Assembly: GCA_964519725.1 (NCBI GenBank)
Contig: CAZFKS010000007.1
Coordinates: 1,221-65,220 of the forward strand
Source: an uncultured Gammaproteobacteria bacterium
GTDB lineage: Bacteria > Patescibacteriota > Patescibacteriia > Magasanikbacterales > UBA922
Reading direction: 5' to 3'
Length of the DNA: 64,000 nt
Shown here piece by piece: positions 10,269-22,133 of this stretch. The stretch's first letter is position 1. Each line of letters begins with the position of its first letter. The notes under the pieces were generated by a model. The model made no database searches. It was not told where the DNA came from and was given only the letters and a program-made list of their open reading frames with translations. The position numbers and the translations under genes are program-made.

Positions 10269-11333
10269 ATGATCCAAAAATATTTAGACCTCAAACAAAA
10301 ATTTATTGATCTCGAAACTGCCTTGCAAGATCCAGGCGTAATTAGTGTTCAAGAAAAATTAAAAAAAGTTTCGGCTGAATACGCGGAAATTAAACCAATC
10401 CACGAACAAGTAATTCGTTTAGAAAAAATTGAAAGTGAGTTGGCTGCGGCTGAAGAATTAGCCAAAGGAACAGATGAAATGGCCGAGCTAGCGCGCGCTG
10501 AGGCCAGTGAATTAAGTGCGGAAAAGATCGCGCTTGAAGCCAGTTTGCAAGAACAAACCCGGCCCACTGATCCAATGGATAAAAAAGATGTAATTATTGA
10601 AATTCGCGCTGGTGCTGGCGGTGATGAAGCCGCACTGTTTGCTGGTGAACTGATGCGTTTGTACATGAAGTACGCCGAGACGCAAGGTTGGAGTACTGGT
10701 TTAATTGATGAAAGTCAAAATGAACTCGGTGGTTACAAAGAAGTAATTTTTTCCGTCAAAGGTCACAATGTGTACAAAGCCCTCAAGTATGAAATGGGTG
10801 TTCACCGCGTCCAGCGCGTGCCTGAAACAGAAAAAGCGGGACGTATTCACACTTCAACCGTGAGTGTAGCCGTGCTACCAGAAATTGAAGAGACCGAACT
10901 CGTTATTGACCCCAAAGATTTACGGATTGACACCTTTATGGCTGGCGGCAAAGGTGGTCAGAGTGTTAACACTACCTATTCAGCCATTCGCATTGTGCAC
11001 ATTCCCACTGGCACAGTGGTGCAGTGTCAGGACGAACGCTCACAACAACAAAATCGGCTCAAAGCCATGGAAGTTTTGCGCGCACGTTTGTACGAAACTC
11101 AGCAGGCTGAGCAAAAAGCCAAACTTGATGCCGCCCGCAAAAGTCAAATTGGGACTGGTGACCGCAGTGAAAAAATCCGCACCTACAACTTCCCCCAAGA
11201 CCGCATTACTGATCACCGCATTCACGAGAGTTGGAACAGCATCCCAAATATTTTAAACGGAGATTTAGAACCAATTATTACCGCCCTCCGCACTGCTGAT
11301 TACGCTGAGCGCGACGCGGCACCAATTGTCTAA
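10269..11333 (+). CDS. prfA: Peptide chain release factor 1.
   Basis: GGQ motif in [24 protein letters not shown], and RF1-type …[11 protein letters not shown]…. Confidence 0.95.
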   Translation: MIQKYLDLKQKFIDLETALQDPGVISVQEKLKKVSAEYAEIKPIHEQVIRLEKIESELAAAEELAKGTDEMAELARAEASELSAEKIALEASLQEQTRPTDPMDKKDVIIEIRAGAGGDEAALFAGELMRLYMKYAETQGWSTGLIDESQNELGGYKEVIFSVKGHNVYKALKYEMGVHRVQRVPETEKAGRIHTSTVSVAVLPEIEETELVIDPKDLRIDTFMAGGKGGQSVNTTYSAIRIVHIPTGTVVQCQDERSQQQNRLKAMEVLRARLYETQQAEQKAKLDAARKSQIGTGDRSEKIRTYNFPQDRITDHRIHESWNSIPNILNGDLEPIITALRTADYAERDAAPIV

Positions 11334-12138
11334 TATGGACACCCGGGACAAACAATTACTCCTGGCTCACGCGACTCACCGGTCGCGTGAATTTTTGTTA
11401 GCTCACCCAGAATTTAAACCAACTTTTTGGCAAAACTTAAAATATCAGCGGCTACTAAAGAAGCGCGCTAATGGCATTCCCCTGGCTTATCTTCTGGGCA
11501 AACAAGCATTTTTTAGTTTAGATTTTATTGTTAATAAACACACTTTAATTCCGCGCCCGGAAACTGAAATTTTAGTGGAAAAAGTTTTATCAGAATTGAA
11601 AAATAATCAGACCAAAATCTTAATTGATGTTGGCACTGGTACTGGTTGCATTCCAATTAGTATTGCGAAAAATTCGCCGGTTCCACTACACATTTTTGCC
11701 TTGGATATTTCGGCCAAAGCTTTGTCAGTCGCCAAACAAAACGCTAATAAACACAGCGTTAAAATTACTTTTTTAAAAAGTAATTTACTCGAGAATTTGC
11801 CAGCTGAAATTTGGCACGAACAAAATATTTTTATCACGGCCAATTTACCGTATTTAAGTGCTGATGAATTTAAAACTGAACCAACTATTCAAAGCGAACC
11901 AAAGATCGCCTTAGTGGCCGCAAAAAATGGTGACGGACTAATGATCAATTTACTTGAACAAATTCACGCTCAGTTGTTACCTGAGCATACTGTCCAAATT
12001 TTTCTAGAAATGAATCCACCGCAAATTCCACGCGTGCTGACAGCCGCAACTAAATTATTTGCCCTCGAATCAATTGTTATTCCTGACCTGTCTGGCCTTA
12101 ATCGCGTCCTCTGTTTGAAACTTTTAGGCAAACAATAA
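11326..12138 (+). CDS. prmC: Release-factor glutamine N5-methyltransferase (HemK/PrmC family).
   Basis: It overlaps prfA by 8 nt (the conserved prfA-prmC pair). The SAM-binding motif is [16 protein letters not shown]. The substrate motif is a variant, ITANLPYL (NPPY-like). Confidence 0.8.
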   Translation: MSNMDTRDKQLLLAHATHRSREFLLAHPEFKPTFWQNLKYQRLLKKRANGIPLAYLLGKQAFFSLDFIVNKHTLIPRPETEILVEKVLSELKNNQTKILIDVGTGTGCIPISIAKNSPVPLHIFALDISAKALSVAKQNANKHSVKITFLKSNLLENLPAEIWHEQNIFITANLPYLSADEFKTEPTIQSEPKIALVAAKNGDGLMINLLEQIHAQLLPEHTVQIFLEMNPPQIPRVLTAATKLFALESIVIPDLSGLNRVLCLKLLGKQ

Positions 12139-12499
12139 TTATCACAAAAAATAGCGCCCCGACACAGTCATTGACCAAATCCGCGACTGTGTCCGCAATA
12201 CTTGGCTGGGTAATAAACCCAGTTATTTTTTGAAAATAAAATTCATACACTTCCCAGGCAATTCCAACCACCGCCGTGGTTCCAATTACCAGCCAACCAT
12301 ACAACCAATTTGGCTTAACTGAAATTTTTTCACTTTTAAAAAAACGATGTGCACTCCAAGCTGTTACCAAACCACCGAACATGTGCATAAAAATATCAAA
12401 CCACCACCATTCGTAAAAACCTAATGGTACATTAACCAAGTTATCATAAATAAACACCACTAACATTGGCAGAGCCGCCCAGACTATCCGTTTAATCAT
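12098..12499 (-). CDS. Small hydrophobic membrane protein, hypothetical.
   Basis: 133 aa, Trp/Phe-rich, with several predicted TM helices. Its end overlaps the prmC end. Confidence 0.4.
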   Translation of the reverse strand: MIKRIVWAALPMLVVFIYDNLVNVPLGFYEWWWFDIFMHMFGGLVTAWSAHRFFKSEKISVKPNWLYGWLVIGTTAVVGIAWEVYEFYFQKITGFITQPSIADTVADLVNDCVGALFFVIIIVCLKVSNRGRD

Positions 12500-13595
12500 A
12501 GCGTTGCAGTTTTACATTACTCAGTTTAGGCACCACTTCTACCCAGATTTTTCCAGGTTTAAATAAAATTTCATGATCGTTTTGATCATAAAAATTAGTC
12601 GGTTCATACACACCACTTTTACTCCAGTGCCCATCAAATTTTTGACCATTCATTATGACTATGGCTGGACCGCTACCGACTGTCTTCATCTCTAGTCGAC
12701 CCACATCGTCCAAAACTTTGGACGAAACCTCCATAATCGCAATTGTATCAGCAAAAATTTTCCCAGTTTCGGTTTCGTGCGGACCATCGCCCTGCCAACG
12801 CTCATACTGCAGTAAGTCCGGTTTAAATTTCCAACCAGTTACAAAATCTGGACGCAAGTACGGAATTTCAATTGCGGCCACGCAATTAGTCGCACAAATT
12901 GGAGTGGAAGTCGCAAAATCCCAACCCACAAATTTATTTTCAATTTCTGAACCAATTACTTTTTGCCAACGTTCAGTGTTAGTGTAAGTATTGTGCGGTG
13001 CTAACCGGTTCCCTGCTCGCCAAAAAGTACTGCCCATGGTCATTTCATTCGCATCCCAAACATCGCGCTGGGCAATTAATTGCAAGGCATCTGGTGAGCC
13101 GCCCACATGCATATAGAGTGGATTATCATATTCTGCCAGCCAATCCAAATAATTGGGCCGACTGCTGCGGACTGGTCCAACTTTTACCACCTCACGATTG
13201 TACGGAAAAATAGCCATAAACCGGGTGTAATTACCCTCCACCATGGCTTCATACACTACATCAGCCTCGGCTAAGCCTGCTTGTGGCCGGGCCGCAGGGT
13301 GATTTTCAATCATGATCGCGACCAAAGCCGGCGTCTTGTCAGCCGCACTAGTTACACACACCCCATTTAATTTGGCCCTAAATTCACAGTCGACCGGAGA
13401 AACTACTTGGTCAGCCTGTTTATCTTTTTGGTACAAAATTTTAGAACTACTAAACGCAACCGCAATAATTCCCACGAGTCCAACCAAAATAATAATTCCA
13501 AGTAGTCTAATTTCTTTTTTCTCACCAATAAACAAAGCTTTAATTTGTTTACCGATTGGTAATTGCACTTTGGCTTTGCGATTTGTGGATTTCAT
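12492..13595 (-). CDS. Hypothetical membrane-anchored extracytoplasmic protein (possibly DUF3048-like).
   Basis: Basic N-terminus plus a single TM (LLGIIILVGLVGIIAVAF), then a roughly 300-aa soluble domain. No catalytic motif recognised. Confidence 0.45.
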   Translation of the reverse strand: MKSTNRKAKVQLPIGKQIKALFIGEKKEIRLLGIIILVGLVGIIAVAFSSSKILYQKDKQADQVVSPVDCEFRAKLNGVCVTSAADKTPALVAIMIENHPAARPQAGLAEADVVYEAMVEGNYTRFMAIFPYNREVVKVGPVRSSRPNYLDWLAEYDNPLYMHVGGSPDALQLIAQRDVWDANEMTMGSTFWRAGNRLAPHNTYTNTERWQKVIGSEIENKFVGWDFATSTPICATNCVAAIEIPYLRPDFVTGWKFKPDLLQYERWQGDGPHETETGKIFADTIAIMEVSSKVLDDVGRLEMKTVGSGPAIVIMNGQKFDGHWSKSGVYEPTNFYDQNDHEILFKPGKIWVEVVPKLSNVKLQRYD

Positions 13596-13622
13596 AAGCC
13601 TTAATTATAGCAAATTTTAAAT

Positions 13623-13652
13623 AAAAAAACTCCCCGGTTGGGGAGTTTTTAA
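13623..13652 (-). terminator. Bidirectional intrinsic terminator downstream of rplY.
   Basis: AAAAAACTCCCCGGTTGGGGAGTTTTTAAA. A perfect 7-bp GC-rich stem with flanking A and T runs. Confidence 0.65.
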
Positions 13653-13662
13653 ATTCTTGAAA

Positions 13663-14319
13663 TTATTCAGCAGCTGGTTCAGCAGCCTCTTCTTTACCTT
13701 TCTTTTCCACTTCAATGGCTGACAAATCAGCTGGAGCAGAACTTTCTTCCATGGCTTTAAGTTCTTCTTCAGTAAGTGGCGGAGTCACAGTCACAATTAC
13801 GCGTTCTGGATCTTCATCAATCGTAATACCAGTTGGAACTTTCAAATCTTTAATGCGAATTGAGTCTTCAAAAGTTTTGAGAACAGACAAATCAACTTCA
13901 ATTCCACCGACCAAATCTTTTGGCAAACAAGTTACGTCAACCTCAGTCAAACCTTTTGACAAAGTACCAGCCAAACTCTTCACAGCGTCAGATTCACCAA
14001 TAAAGACAAGCTCAATGGTGGTTGACATTTCTTTGTTCATGTTGATTTGGCGGAAGTCAACGTGAGTCGCAGTTCCTTTCATTGGGTCAAATTGTACGTC
14101 TTGGATCAAAACTTTTACTACCGGTTCACCAGCTACAGTGAGGTCGATCAGACTTGAACCAGACTCATTGTAAACCTTGGTAAAAGCAGACAAACCAACT
14201 GAAAGAGTGGTTGTTTCTTTACGATCACCACCGTACACCACAGCTGGAACTTCACCAGCCGCGCGAACTTCAAGAGCAGTTTCACTAGCGCGTTTTTTAG
14301 CGGAAAGACTGAATGACAT
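13663..14319 (-). CDS. rplY: 50S ribosomal protein L25 (general stress protein Ctc form) with an acidic C-terminal tail.
   Basis: MSFSLSAKKRASETALEVRAAGEVPAVVYGGDRKETTTLSV is the L25/Ctc N-domain. The roughly 218-aa length is the Ctc long form. Confidence 0.85.
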   Translation of the reverse strand: MSFSLSAKKRASETALEVRAAGEVPAVVYGGDRKETTTLSVGLSAFTKVYNESGSSLIDLTVAGEPVVKVLIQDVQFDPMKGTATHVDFRQINMNKEMSTTIELVFIGESDAVKSLAGTLSKGLTEVDVTCLPKDLVGGIEVDLSVLKTFEDSIRIKDLKVPTGITIDEDPERVIVTVTPPLTEEELKAMEESSAPADLSAIEVEKKGKEEAAEPAAE

Positions 14320-14328
14320 AACAATTAT

Positions 14329-14670
14329 TTAAAGCAAATTTTGATAAAACAAATGTGATACTAGGCTGCGACTATCAGTGGTCAGTAAATGGTGGGCCGC
14401 AAACAAAGTTTTTTCGGAAACTGGCGCTGCATCTTTAAAATGTTCAGCATCAGCTCCATTCAAATCCGTTGATAAACCCAGGAACCCAATGCCATGATTA
14501 GTTTTTCCTAAAAAAACAATCGTAGCGTGGTGACATTCAGAGCACGTAGCGTGAGCCACGGTCGCGGTTTTAGTCCGCTCAATCAACTTGATTTGCTTGT
14601 TAGTAAAGGCTCTGCCGCAGAGCCGGCAGGCTTTTACTTTGTCCAGTATTTGAGTAAAGACTGGCTTCAT
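14329..14670 (-). CDS. Hypothetical small zinc-ribbon-like protein.
   Basis: 113 aa with CRLCGR…CSECHH (CxxC…CxxC). It fills the gap between rplY and ftsW with a 10-nt spacer. Confidence 0.35.
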   Translation of the reverse strand: MKPVFTQILDKVKACRLCGRAFTNKQIKLIERTKTATVAHATCSECHHATIVFLGKTNHGIGFLGLSTDLNGADAEHFKDAAPVSEKTLFAAHHLLTTDSRSLVSHLFYQNLL

Positions 14671-14705
14671 AAGTGTCAGGAATATAGCAAAACTTACTAA
14701 TTAAG

Positions 14706-15803
14706 TCAAGAGCCACGGCGTTCACGAGCCACACTTTCCGCAACCCCAATTAAGATAAAATTACTGATCAGCGAGGTTCCCCCGTAGCTAACAAAGGGTA
14801 AAGTCACCCCTGTGACCGGGAGGAGGGCCAGCGCCGCCCCAGCATTAACCGTGAGTTGAACAGAGAGTAAAATGGCAATTCCAGCGGCCGTATAGGCTCC
14901 AAAATCAGTTCTTGAATACCGGGCAATTCGGATTAACCGGCTAAAAATCACCGCATAAAGGCCCAAGGCCAGGCAGAGACCAACAAAACCAAGCTCTTCC
15001 CCCACTACCGCTAGTATAAAGTCTGTTTGCGCTTCTGGCAAAAAGTGCAGCTGGCTTTGTGACCCAGACCCTAGGCCTCGGCCAAAAAATTGCCCAGAGC
15101 CAATCGCAATAATCGACTGATTCACATTATAACCAGCCCCCAGCGGGTCACGTTCAGGGTTGGCAAAAGTCAAAATACGTTCTTTTTGGTAATCTTTAAA
15201 CAAAAATACCCAACTAAACATCAACCCAATAATTGCGGTTCCAGCCAAAATCATGATGGTTTTAGGTCTAAGTCCAGCCACCAAAATGAGTCCTAGCCAC
15301 ACTGACATCATCACGGCCGCTGACCCAAAATCAGGCTGGAGTAAAACTGGCAGGACCAATAAACCAGACATTACTGCTGTGGCCCACAAAAAATTCGTGC
15401 GCGCAAATTGCCGCCCTGCCCGCTCAATCCGCCAGGCTAAAAATAAAATCAAGGCAACTTTGGCTAATTCAACTGGCTGAAACGAAAACCCAAACCACCG
15501 GTACCAACCCCGCGTACCACGAATGGTGACTCCTAAAAACAAAACTCCAACGAGCAAAGCAACGGAAAAGAAAAATAATAATCGAGCGCCCTTTTCATAT
15601 CGATTCACATGAATATTTGCCGCCACTAACGCTACACCGATTCCCAGGAGCAAGGAAATTGCTTGGGTCGAAAAAAACTGCCGCGCTTCTCCCCGCGACA
15701 GATCAATACTATAAATTGAAGCTAGGCCAATACCTGACAAAGCCACTGCGGCAACTAAGAGTGGCCAATCAAGCTGCCTAAATAGGTCAAGCAGCCGACG
15801 CAT
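14706..15803 (-). CDS. ftsW: SEDS-family peptidoglycan polymerase/flippase (FtsW/RodA/SpoVE).
   Basis: MRRLLDLFRQLDWPLLVAAVALSGIGLASIYS…, 365 aa, about 10 TM, with the SEDS motifs …RIARYSRTDFGAYTAAGI… and GGTSL. Confidence 0.88.
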   Translation of the reverse strand: MRRLLDLFRQLDWPLLVAAVALSGIGLASIYSIDLSRGEARQFFSTQAISLLLGIGVALVAANIHVNRYEKGARLLFFFSVALLVGVLFLGVTIRGTRGWYRWFGFSFQPVELAKVALILFLAWRIERAGRQFARTNFLWATAVMSGLLVLPVLLQPDFGSAAVMMSVWLGLILVAGLRPKTIMILAGTAIIGLMFSWVFLFKDYQKERILTFANPERDPLGAGYNVNQSIIAIGSGQFFGRGLGSGSQSQLHFLPEAQTDFILAVVGEELGFVGLCLALGLYAVIFSRLIRIARYSRTDFGAYTAAGIAILLSVQLTVNAGAALALLPVTGVTLPFVSYGGTSLISNFILIGVAESVARERRGS

Positions 15804-15805
15804 AA

Positions 15806-16738
15806 TTATTTTTTAAATGGCAAGTACAAAGTACTGTCAAATAAGTTGAGGTTAGGGTAAACCTCGACTGCGTCTAGGTCAAGGGTCTCAACCAAAGAGT
15901 GAAGTTCAATGGAATTACTTGATTCTGGGGCAAAATTATCAACGACAAATTGTTTTACCCCCACCACCACATCACCTTTTCTCAGCACAGCCGTAAATGG
16001 CACTTGCCAATACCCAAACGCTGTTTCATTTTTCAAATTAAATTTAGTTTGACTAACACTTAAGCCCAAACTTGGATTAGCCGGCGAAAACACCACGTCT
16101 TCGGCACCAAAAGTTAACCGATCAGCCACAAACCCAGCTGGATCAGGGTAGGTGTGATTATCTAAACGATACCAATCAACTTTTTTTACATTTAACCGCG
16201 CCCCAGCCGGGGCTTCACCCTCTACCCCGCTTAAGACCAAAGCCTGGCGCCACTTTGGCCATAACCACGCGTCTTTAACCTCTGTTTCTGTTTCTCCGAT
16301 CACAAAATTATAATACACGTGCGCGACCCAGCGGTCATTTACATTATCAGCAAACGCCAAAAAATCGGTTTTTCCTGGTGAACTTGGAAACACCTGCACG
16401 GGTTCAATATTTAAAGGTGTGGCCGCGACTTCAGTTTTAGAATTTTTGACTGACACGCCCAGCCGGGTTAAATTCGCCCGCTGCGCTTCATCTAAACGAT
16501 AGCCGTAAAAAGTATATTCAATAATTTTATACAAACTAAAACTACCAAAAATCACACACACCACAATCAAAAATCCAGTGAAAATTTGGAGCAGTAAAAT
16601 TTTATGTTTAATTAACCACTCTGAAAAACGCAAATCGCGGTTAGTAAATTCACCAGTTGGGTCAGTGTACCGATCCAAGGCGTGCGGATCAGTTTGTGGC
16701 TTATCAGTTGGCAAAGGTTTGAACATAAATATGCTCAA
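15806..16738 (-). CDS. Hypothetical bitopic membrane protein. Possibly an FtsQ/DivIB-like division protein, by position after ftsW.
   Basis: Short cytoplasmic N-terminus, one TM (ILLLQIFTGFLIVVCVIFGSFSLY), then a roughly 230-aa external domain. The FtsQ-like suggestion is inference from topology and context only. Confidence 0.35.
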   Translation of the reverse strand: MSIFMFKPLPTDKPQTDPHALDRYTDPTGEFTNRDLRFSEWLIKHKILLLQIFTGFLIVVCVIFGSFSLYKIIEYTFYGYRLDEAQRANLTRLGVSVKNSKTEVAATPLNIEPVQVFPSSPGKTDFLAFADNVNDRWVAHVYYNFVIGETETEVKDAWLWPKWRQALVLSGVEGEAPAGARLNVKKVDWYRLDNHTYPDPAGFVADRLTFGAEDVVFSPANPSLGLSVSQTKFNLKNETAFGYWQVPFTAVLRKGDVVVGVKQFVVDNFAPESSNSIELHSLVETLDLDAVEVYPNLNLFDSTLYLPFKK

Positions 16739-16801
16739 TTATACCAAACCTCAGCTACCTTGCCCAGCCTTTGCTTTTATGATACGCTTAGTCTGTTCTA
16801 A

Positions 16802-18874
<2,073 letters not shown>

Positions 18875-18893
18875 GGCTAATTTATCCACTTTT

Positions 18894-18923
18894 GAGAGGG
18901 TTGACAAAACCCTCTCTTTTTAT
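18894..18923 (+). terminator. Intrinsic terminator after gyrB.
   Basis: GAGAGGG-ttgacaaaa-CCCTCTCTTTTTATT. Confidence 0.6.
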
Positions 18924-18929
18924 TATACT
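18901..18929 (+). promoter_or_regulatory. Consensus sigma70 promoter for secE-nusG-rplK, embedded in the gyrB terminator.
   Basis: TTGACA (18901-18906), a 17-nt spacer, then TATACT (18924-18929). Confidence 0.55.
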
Positions 18930-18978
18930 GCTCCTGTAAATCGGCCCAAGGCCGTTTTTAGTTACCTGATTCTCTTTT

Positions 18979-19158
18979 ATGAAATTGGTTCAATATTTTA
19001 AAGACGCTTACGCTGAACTTCAAAAGGTCCAGTGGCTCACCAAAAAACAAACCATCAACTACACCATTGCAGTTTTTGCCATGAGTGTTGGTGTTGCCTT
19101 TTTCTTTGCCTTACTAGACCGTGGCCTGAGCATTGGTCTTGATCAACTTATCAAATAA
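18979..19158 (+). CDS. secE: Preprotein translocase subunit SecE (59 aa). Absent from the ORF track because it is under 60 aa.
   Basis: Manual translation gives MKLVQYFKDAYAELQKVQWLTKKQTINYTIAVFAMSVGVAFFFALLDRGLSIGLDQLIK*. It has the conserved amphipathic N-terminus and single TM of minimal SecE, and sits directly upstream of nusG in the universal secE-nusG arrangement. Confidence 0.75.
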   Translation: MKLVQYFKDAYAELQKVQWLTKKQTINYTIAVFAMSVGVAFFFALLDRGLSIGLDQLIK

Positions 19159-19165
19159 GCCTGTT

Positions 19166-19711
19166 ATGAGTAAGCAAACCCTCAATCTCGGCATGCGCTG
19201 GTACGTAATCCACACTTACAGTGGTTACGAAGAAAATGTTAAACAAAATTTGGAACAACGTATTGGTTCCTTTGACATGCAAGACAAAATTGCTGAGGTT
19301 TTAATTCCAAAAGAAAAGAAAATTAAAATTAAAGGCGGCAAGCGCAATGTGATTGAGGAAAAAATCTTCCCAGGTTATGTTTTGGTAAAAATGATTGTGA
19401 CTGATGACTCTTGGTACGTTGTCCGCAACACACCAAATGTAACTGGTTTTATTGGTTCTGGTACAATCCCAACCCCAATTGATGAAAAAGAAATGGTGTC
19501 ACTCATGAGTCGCATGACCGTGGACGAACCAACTCACAAAATTGATGTGGCGGTTAATGACCCAGTTAAAATTGTGGATGGTCCGTTCAAAAACTTTGAA
19601 GGTAAAGTTAATGCAGTAGATGCCTCACGCGGCAAAATTAAAGTTTTGGTTAACATGTTTGGTCGCGAAACTCCAGTTGAACTTGATGCTTTGCAAGTTA
19701 AAAAGATTTAA
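19166..19711 (+). CDS. nusG: Transcription termination/antitermination factor NusG.
   Basis: MSKQTLNLGMRWYVIHTYSGYEENVKQNLEQR… is the NGN domain. The C-terminal KOW is …DPVKIVDGPFKNFEGKVNAV…. The ORF-track start at 19133 is an upstream in-frame extension overlapping secE. The ATG at 19166 is more likely. Confidence 0.9.
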   Translation: MSKQTLNLGMRWYVIHTYSGYEENVKQNLEQRIGSFDMQDKIAEVLIPKEKKIKIKGGKRNVIEEKIFPGYVLVKMIVTDDSWYVVRNTPNVTGFIGSGTIPTPIDEKEMVSLMSRMTVDEPTHKIDVAVNDPVKIVDGPFKNFEGKVNAVDASRGKIKVLVNMFGRETPVELDALQVKKI

Positions 19712-19793
19712 TTTCTATTTAAGGACTTCAGTGTGCTGGCTCTTGAAAAAACAGGGCGCTTCTCAGCACTGACGAGTCCTTAAACAATTATTT

Positions 19794-20219
19794 ATGGCAA
19801 AAAAATTAAACGCTCAAATTAAACTCCAAATCGTGGGCGGCGCTGCTAACCCAGCTCCACCAGTTGGTCCAGCGCTTGGTCAACACGGTGTCAACATTCA
19901 GGGTTTTTGTAAAGAATTCAATGATAAAACCCAAGACCGCAAAGGTGAAGTAGTGCCAGTAGTGATCAATGTTTACGAAGACCGCAGTTTCTCTTTCATC
20001 ATGAAAGTGGCTCCAGCCGGAGAACTGATCAAAAAAGCCATTGGTCTCAAGAGTGGTTCAAAAATGCCACACAAAGATAAGGTTGGTAAGCTTACCAAAA
20101 AGCAACTCCGCGAAATCGCTGAGAAAAAAATGCCTGACCTTAACTGCCACAGTATTGAAGCCGCGATGAACACTATCGCTGGTACTGCCCGTCAAATGGG
20201 TGTGACTGTTGAAGAATAA
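19794..20219 (+). CDS. rplK: 50S ribosomal protein L11.
   Basis: [43 protein letters not shown]. Confidence 0.95.
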   Translation: MAKKLNAQIKLQIVGGAANPAPPVGPALGQHGVNIQGFCKEFNDKTQDRKGEVVPVVINVYEDRSFSFIMKVAPAGELIKKAIGLKSGSKMPHKDKVGKLTKKQLREIAEKKMPDLNCHSIEAAMNTIAGTARQMGVTVEE

Positions 20220-20232
20220 TTTTCAAAACTTA

Positions 20233-20264
20233 AACCCGCCCGATTTGATCGCGGCGGGTTTTTT
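20233..20264 (+). terminator. Strong intrinsic terminator immediately after rplK.
   Basis: AAACCCGCC-cgatttgatcgc-GGCGGGTTTTTT. Confidence 0.65.
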
Positions 20265-20272
20265 GTTATAAT
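20245..20272 (+). promoter_or_regulatory. Promoter for the 2-hydroxyacid dehydrogenase gene, overlapping the rplK terminator.
   Basis: TTGATC, a 16-17-nt spacer, then TATAAT (20267-20272), preceded by TGT (extended -10-like). Confidence 0.45.
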
Positions 20273-20281
20273 GCGGGCCAT

Positions 20282-21301
20282 ATGAAAACCAAAAAACCAC
20301 GTTGCCAATTTTTTCTCAGCCTCTCCCCTGACCTAGTTACCATTGTAAAAAAAGGAGTAAAAAATTTACCAAATAAAATTTCCAATAAAGTTTTAAGTCT
20401 GGACCAATTAGATCCTCAAACTGAGATTCTAGGTTTATTTACTGACTCAAAAGTTACCAAAGAAGTTCTCAAAAAACTGCCAAATTTAAAAGCGATAATT
20501 ACTTTTTCCACTGGCTTTGATCACATTGATTTTACTGAAGTAAAAAAACGCGGCATTGTGGTTTGTAACGTACCAAGCTATGGTGACTACACCGTCGCTC
20601 AGCACACTTTGACTTTAATTTTGGCGTTGTCAAAAAAATTATTTGAGTCGGTCAAACGTGTCAAAGAAGGTCATTATGATTACCATGGCATGCGCGGATT
20701 TGATTTGCGCGGCAAAACAATTGGCATTATTGGGACCGGAAAAATTGGTAAAGCAGTAGTAAAAATGCTCGCTGGTTTTGAAATGAATATTCAAGCCTAT
20801 GATCCATATCCAGATAAAGAATTTGCCAAAGTCAATCATTTTAAATACGTACCACTGAACACTTTGCTCAAAACTTCAGACATTGTTTCTTTACACGTAC
20901 CACTACTTAAAAATACCAAGCATTTATTGAACAAAACTAATTTAAAAATTATTAAGCCTGGCGCCTTTGTCATCAATACTTCACGCGGTGGTTTAGTTGA
21001 TGGCGAAGCGCTGTACAATGCGCTCCAAAGCGGACGCGTGGCTGGAGCTGGCCTGGATGTTTTGGAGGACGAGGAAATTATGCGCGACCCAGTGTTACTC
21101 TTTAGTGAAAAATGTGAGGAGTGCACAATCCGCACTAGTCTGATCAATAATCTTTTGATCGATCATCCTCGGACAATCGTCACTCCGCACAATGCCTTCA
21201 ATACTACCGAAGCTATTTTGCGGATCATTAATACCTCACTAGAAAACTTGGATAACTTTGTCAAAGGTAAACCGACCAATATTGTTGCACCAAAGCCATA
21301 G
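20282..21301 (+). CDS. D-isomer-specific 2-hydroxyacid dehydrogenase family protein (D-lactate or phosphoglycerate dehydrogenase-like).
   Basis: Rossmann motif GIIGTGKIGKAVVKML and the catalytic region …VSLHVPLLKNTKHLLN…NTSRGGLVD…VAGAGLDVLEDE… are typical of the family. It is inserted between rplK and rplA. Confidence 0.85.
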   Translation: MKTKKPRCQFFLSLSPDLVTIVKKGVKNLPNKISNKVLSLDQLDPQTEILGLFTDSKVTKEVLKKLPNLKAIITFSTGFDHIDFTEVKKRGIVVCNVPSYGDYTVAQHTLTLILALSKKLFESVKRVKEGHYDYHGMRGFDLRGKTIGIIGTGKIGKAVVKMLAGFEMNIQAYDPYPDKEFAKVNHFKYVPLNTLLKTSDIVSLHVPLLKNTKHLLNKTNLKIIKPGAFVINTSRGGLVDGEALYNALQSGRVAGAGLDVLEDEEIMRDPVLLFSEKCEECTIRTSLINNLLIDHPRTIVTPHNAFNTTEAILRIINTSLENLDNFVKGKPTNIVAPKP

Positions 21302-21310
21302 ATACTACTC

Positions 21311-21340
21311 TTGACAAAAACCCCTCTTTTGGCTAAACTA
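21311..21340 (+). promoter_or_regulatory. Sigma70-like promoter for rplA.
   Basis: TCTTGACAAAAACC: TTGACA (21311-21316), an 18-nt spacer, then TAAACT (21335-21340). The roughly 60-nt leader that follows may hold the L1 autoregulatory site (not verified). Confidence 0.5.
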
Positions 21341-21403
21341 GGCCCATTATTCAGGTGGGACTTCTGACCCTTCAGGAGGCTATAACCACCCCATACAACC
21401 CAT

Positions 21404-22093
21404 ATGGCAAAAGGAAAACGCATGACGGCCCTCAAGGCCCTGGTCAATAAGACCAAAACCTACTCTGTCGAAGAGGCAATTGCCCTCGTCAAACAGACTA
21501 GTACCGTGAAATTCACTGCTTCAGTGGAAGTTCACGCTAAACTTGGGATTGACCCAAGTAAAAGTGACCAACAAATCCGGTCAACTGTGAGTCTCCCTCA
21601 CGGCACTGGTAAAGCCAAGAAAATTGCGGCTTTTGTTGGCCCAAACAATGAAAAAGCGGCTCAGGAAGCTGGCGCTGATTTCATTTACGGTGAAGAAGAT
21701 ATCAAAAAAATCAAAGACGGCCTACTTAAAGTTGAGTTCGACATTGCCGTGGCCACCCCAGAAATGATGCCTAAAATGGCGGTAGCCGCTAAAGTTCTTG
21801 GTCCAAAAGGTCTCATGCCTAACCCAAAAACTGACACGGTTAACCCAGATGTTAAGAAAATGGTGTCTGAACTTAAAAAAGGTAAAGCGGCTTTCAAAAA
21901 TGATGATGGCGCTAACATTCACCAGATCATTGGTAATGTTGGTTTCACTGATGACCAGCTCAAAGAAAACTTCAATGCTCTTCTCGACGCGATCAAACGC
22001 GTTAAACCAAACAGTTCAAAAGGTACTTACATCAAGTCTTTGTACTTGACCAGTGCCATGGGCCCAAGTGTTAAAGTGCAAATCGAAGCTTAA
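21404..22093 (+). CDS. rplA: 50S ribosomal protein L1.
   Basis: MAKGKRMTALKALVNKTKTYSVEEAIALVK…VSLPHGTGK…. Confidence 0.95.
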   Translation: MAKGKRMTALKALVNKTKTYSVEEAIALVKQTSTVKFTASVEVHAKLGIDPSKSDQQIRSTVSLPHGTGKAKKIAAFVGPNNEKAAQEAGADFIYGEEDIKKIKDGLLKVEFDIAVATPEMMPKMAVAAKVLGPKGLMPNPKTDTVNPDVKKMVSELKKGKAAFKNDDGANIHQIIGNVGFTDDQLKENFNALLDAIKRVKPNSSKGTYIKSLYLTSAMGPSVKVQIEA

Positions 22094-22103
22094 TGAACAA
22101 ATA

Positions 22104-22133
22104 AAAAACTCCTCGGCAACGGGGAGTTTTTTA
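22104..22133. terminator. Bidirectional intrinsic terminator between the convergent rplA and GT39 genes.
   Basis: AAAAAACTCCTCG-gcaa-CGGGGAGTTTTTTATT. Confidence 0.65.
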
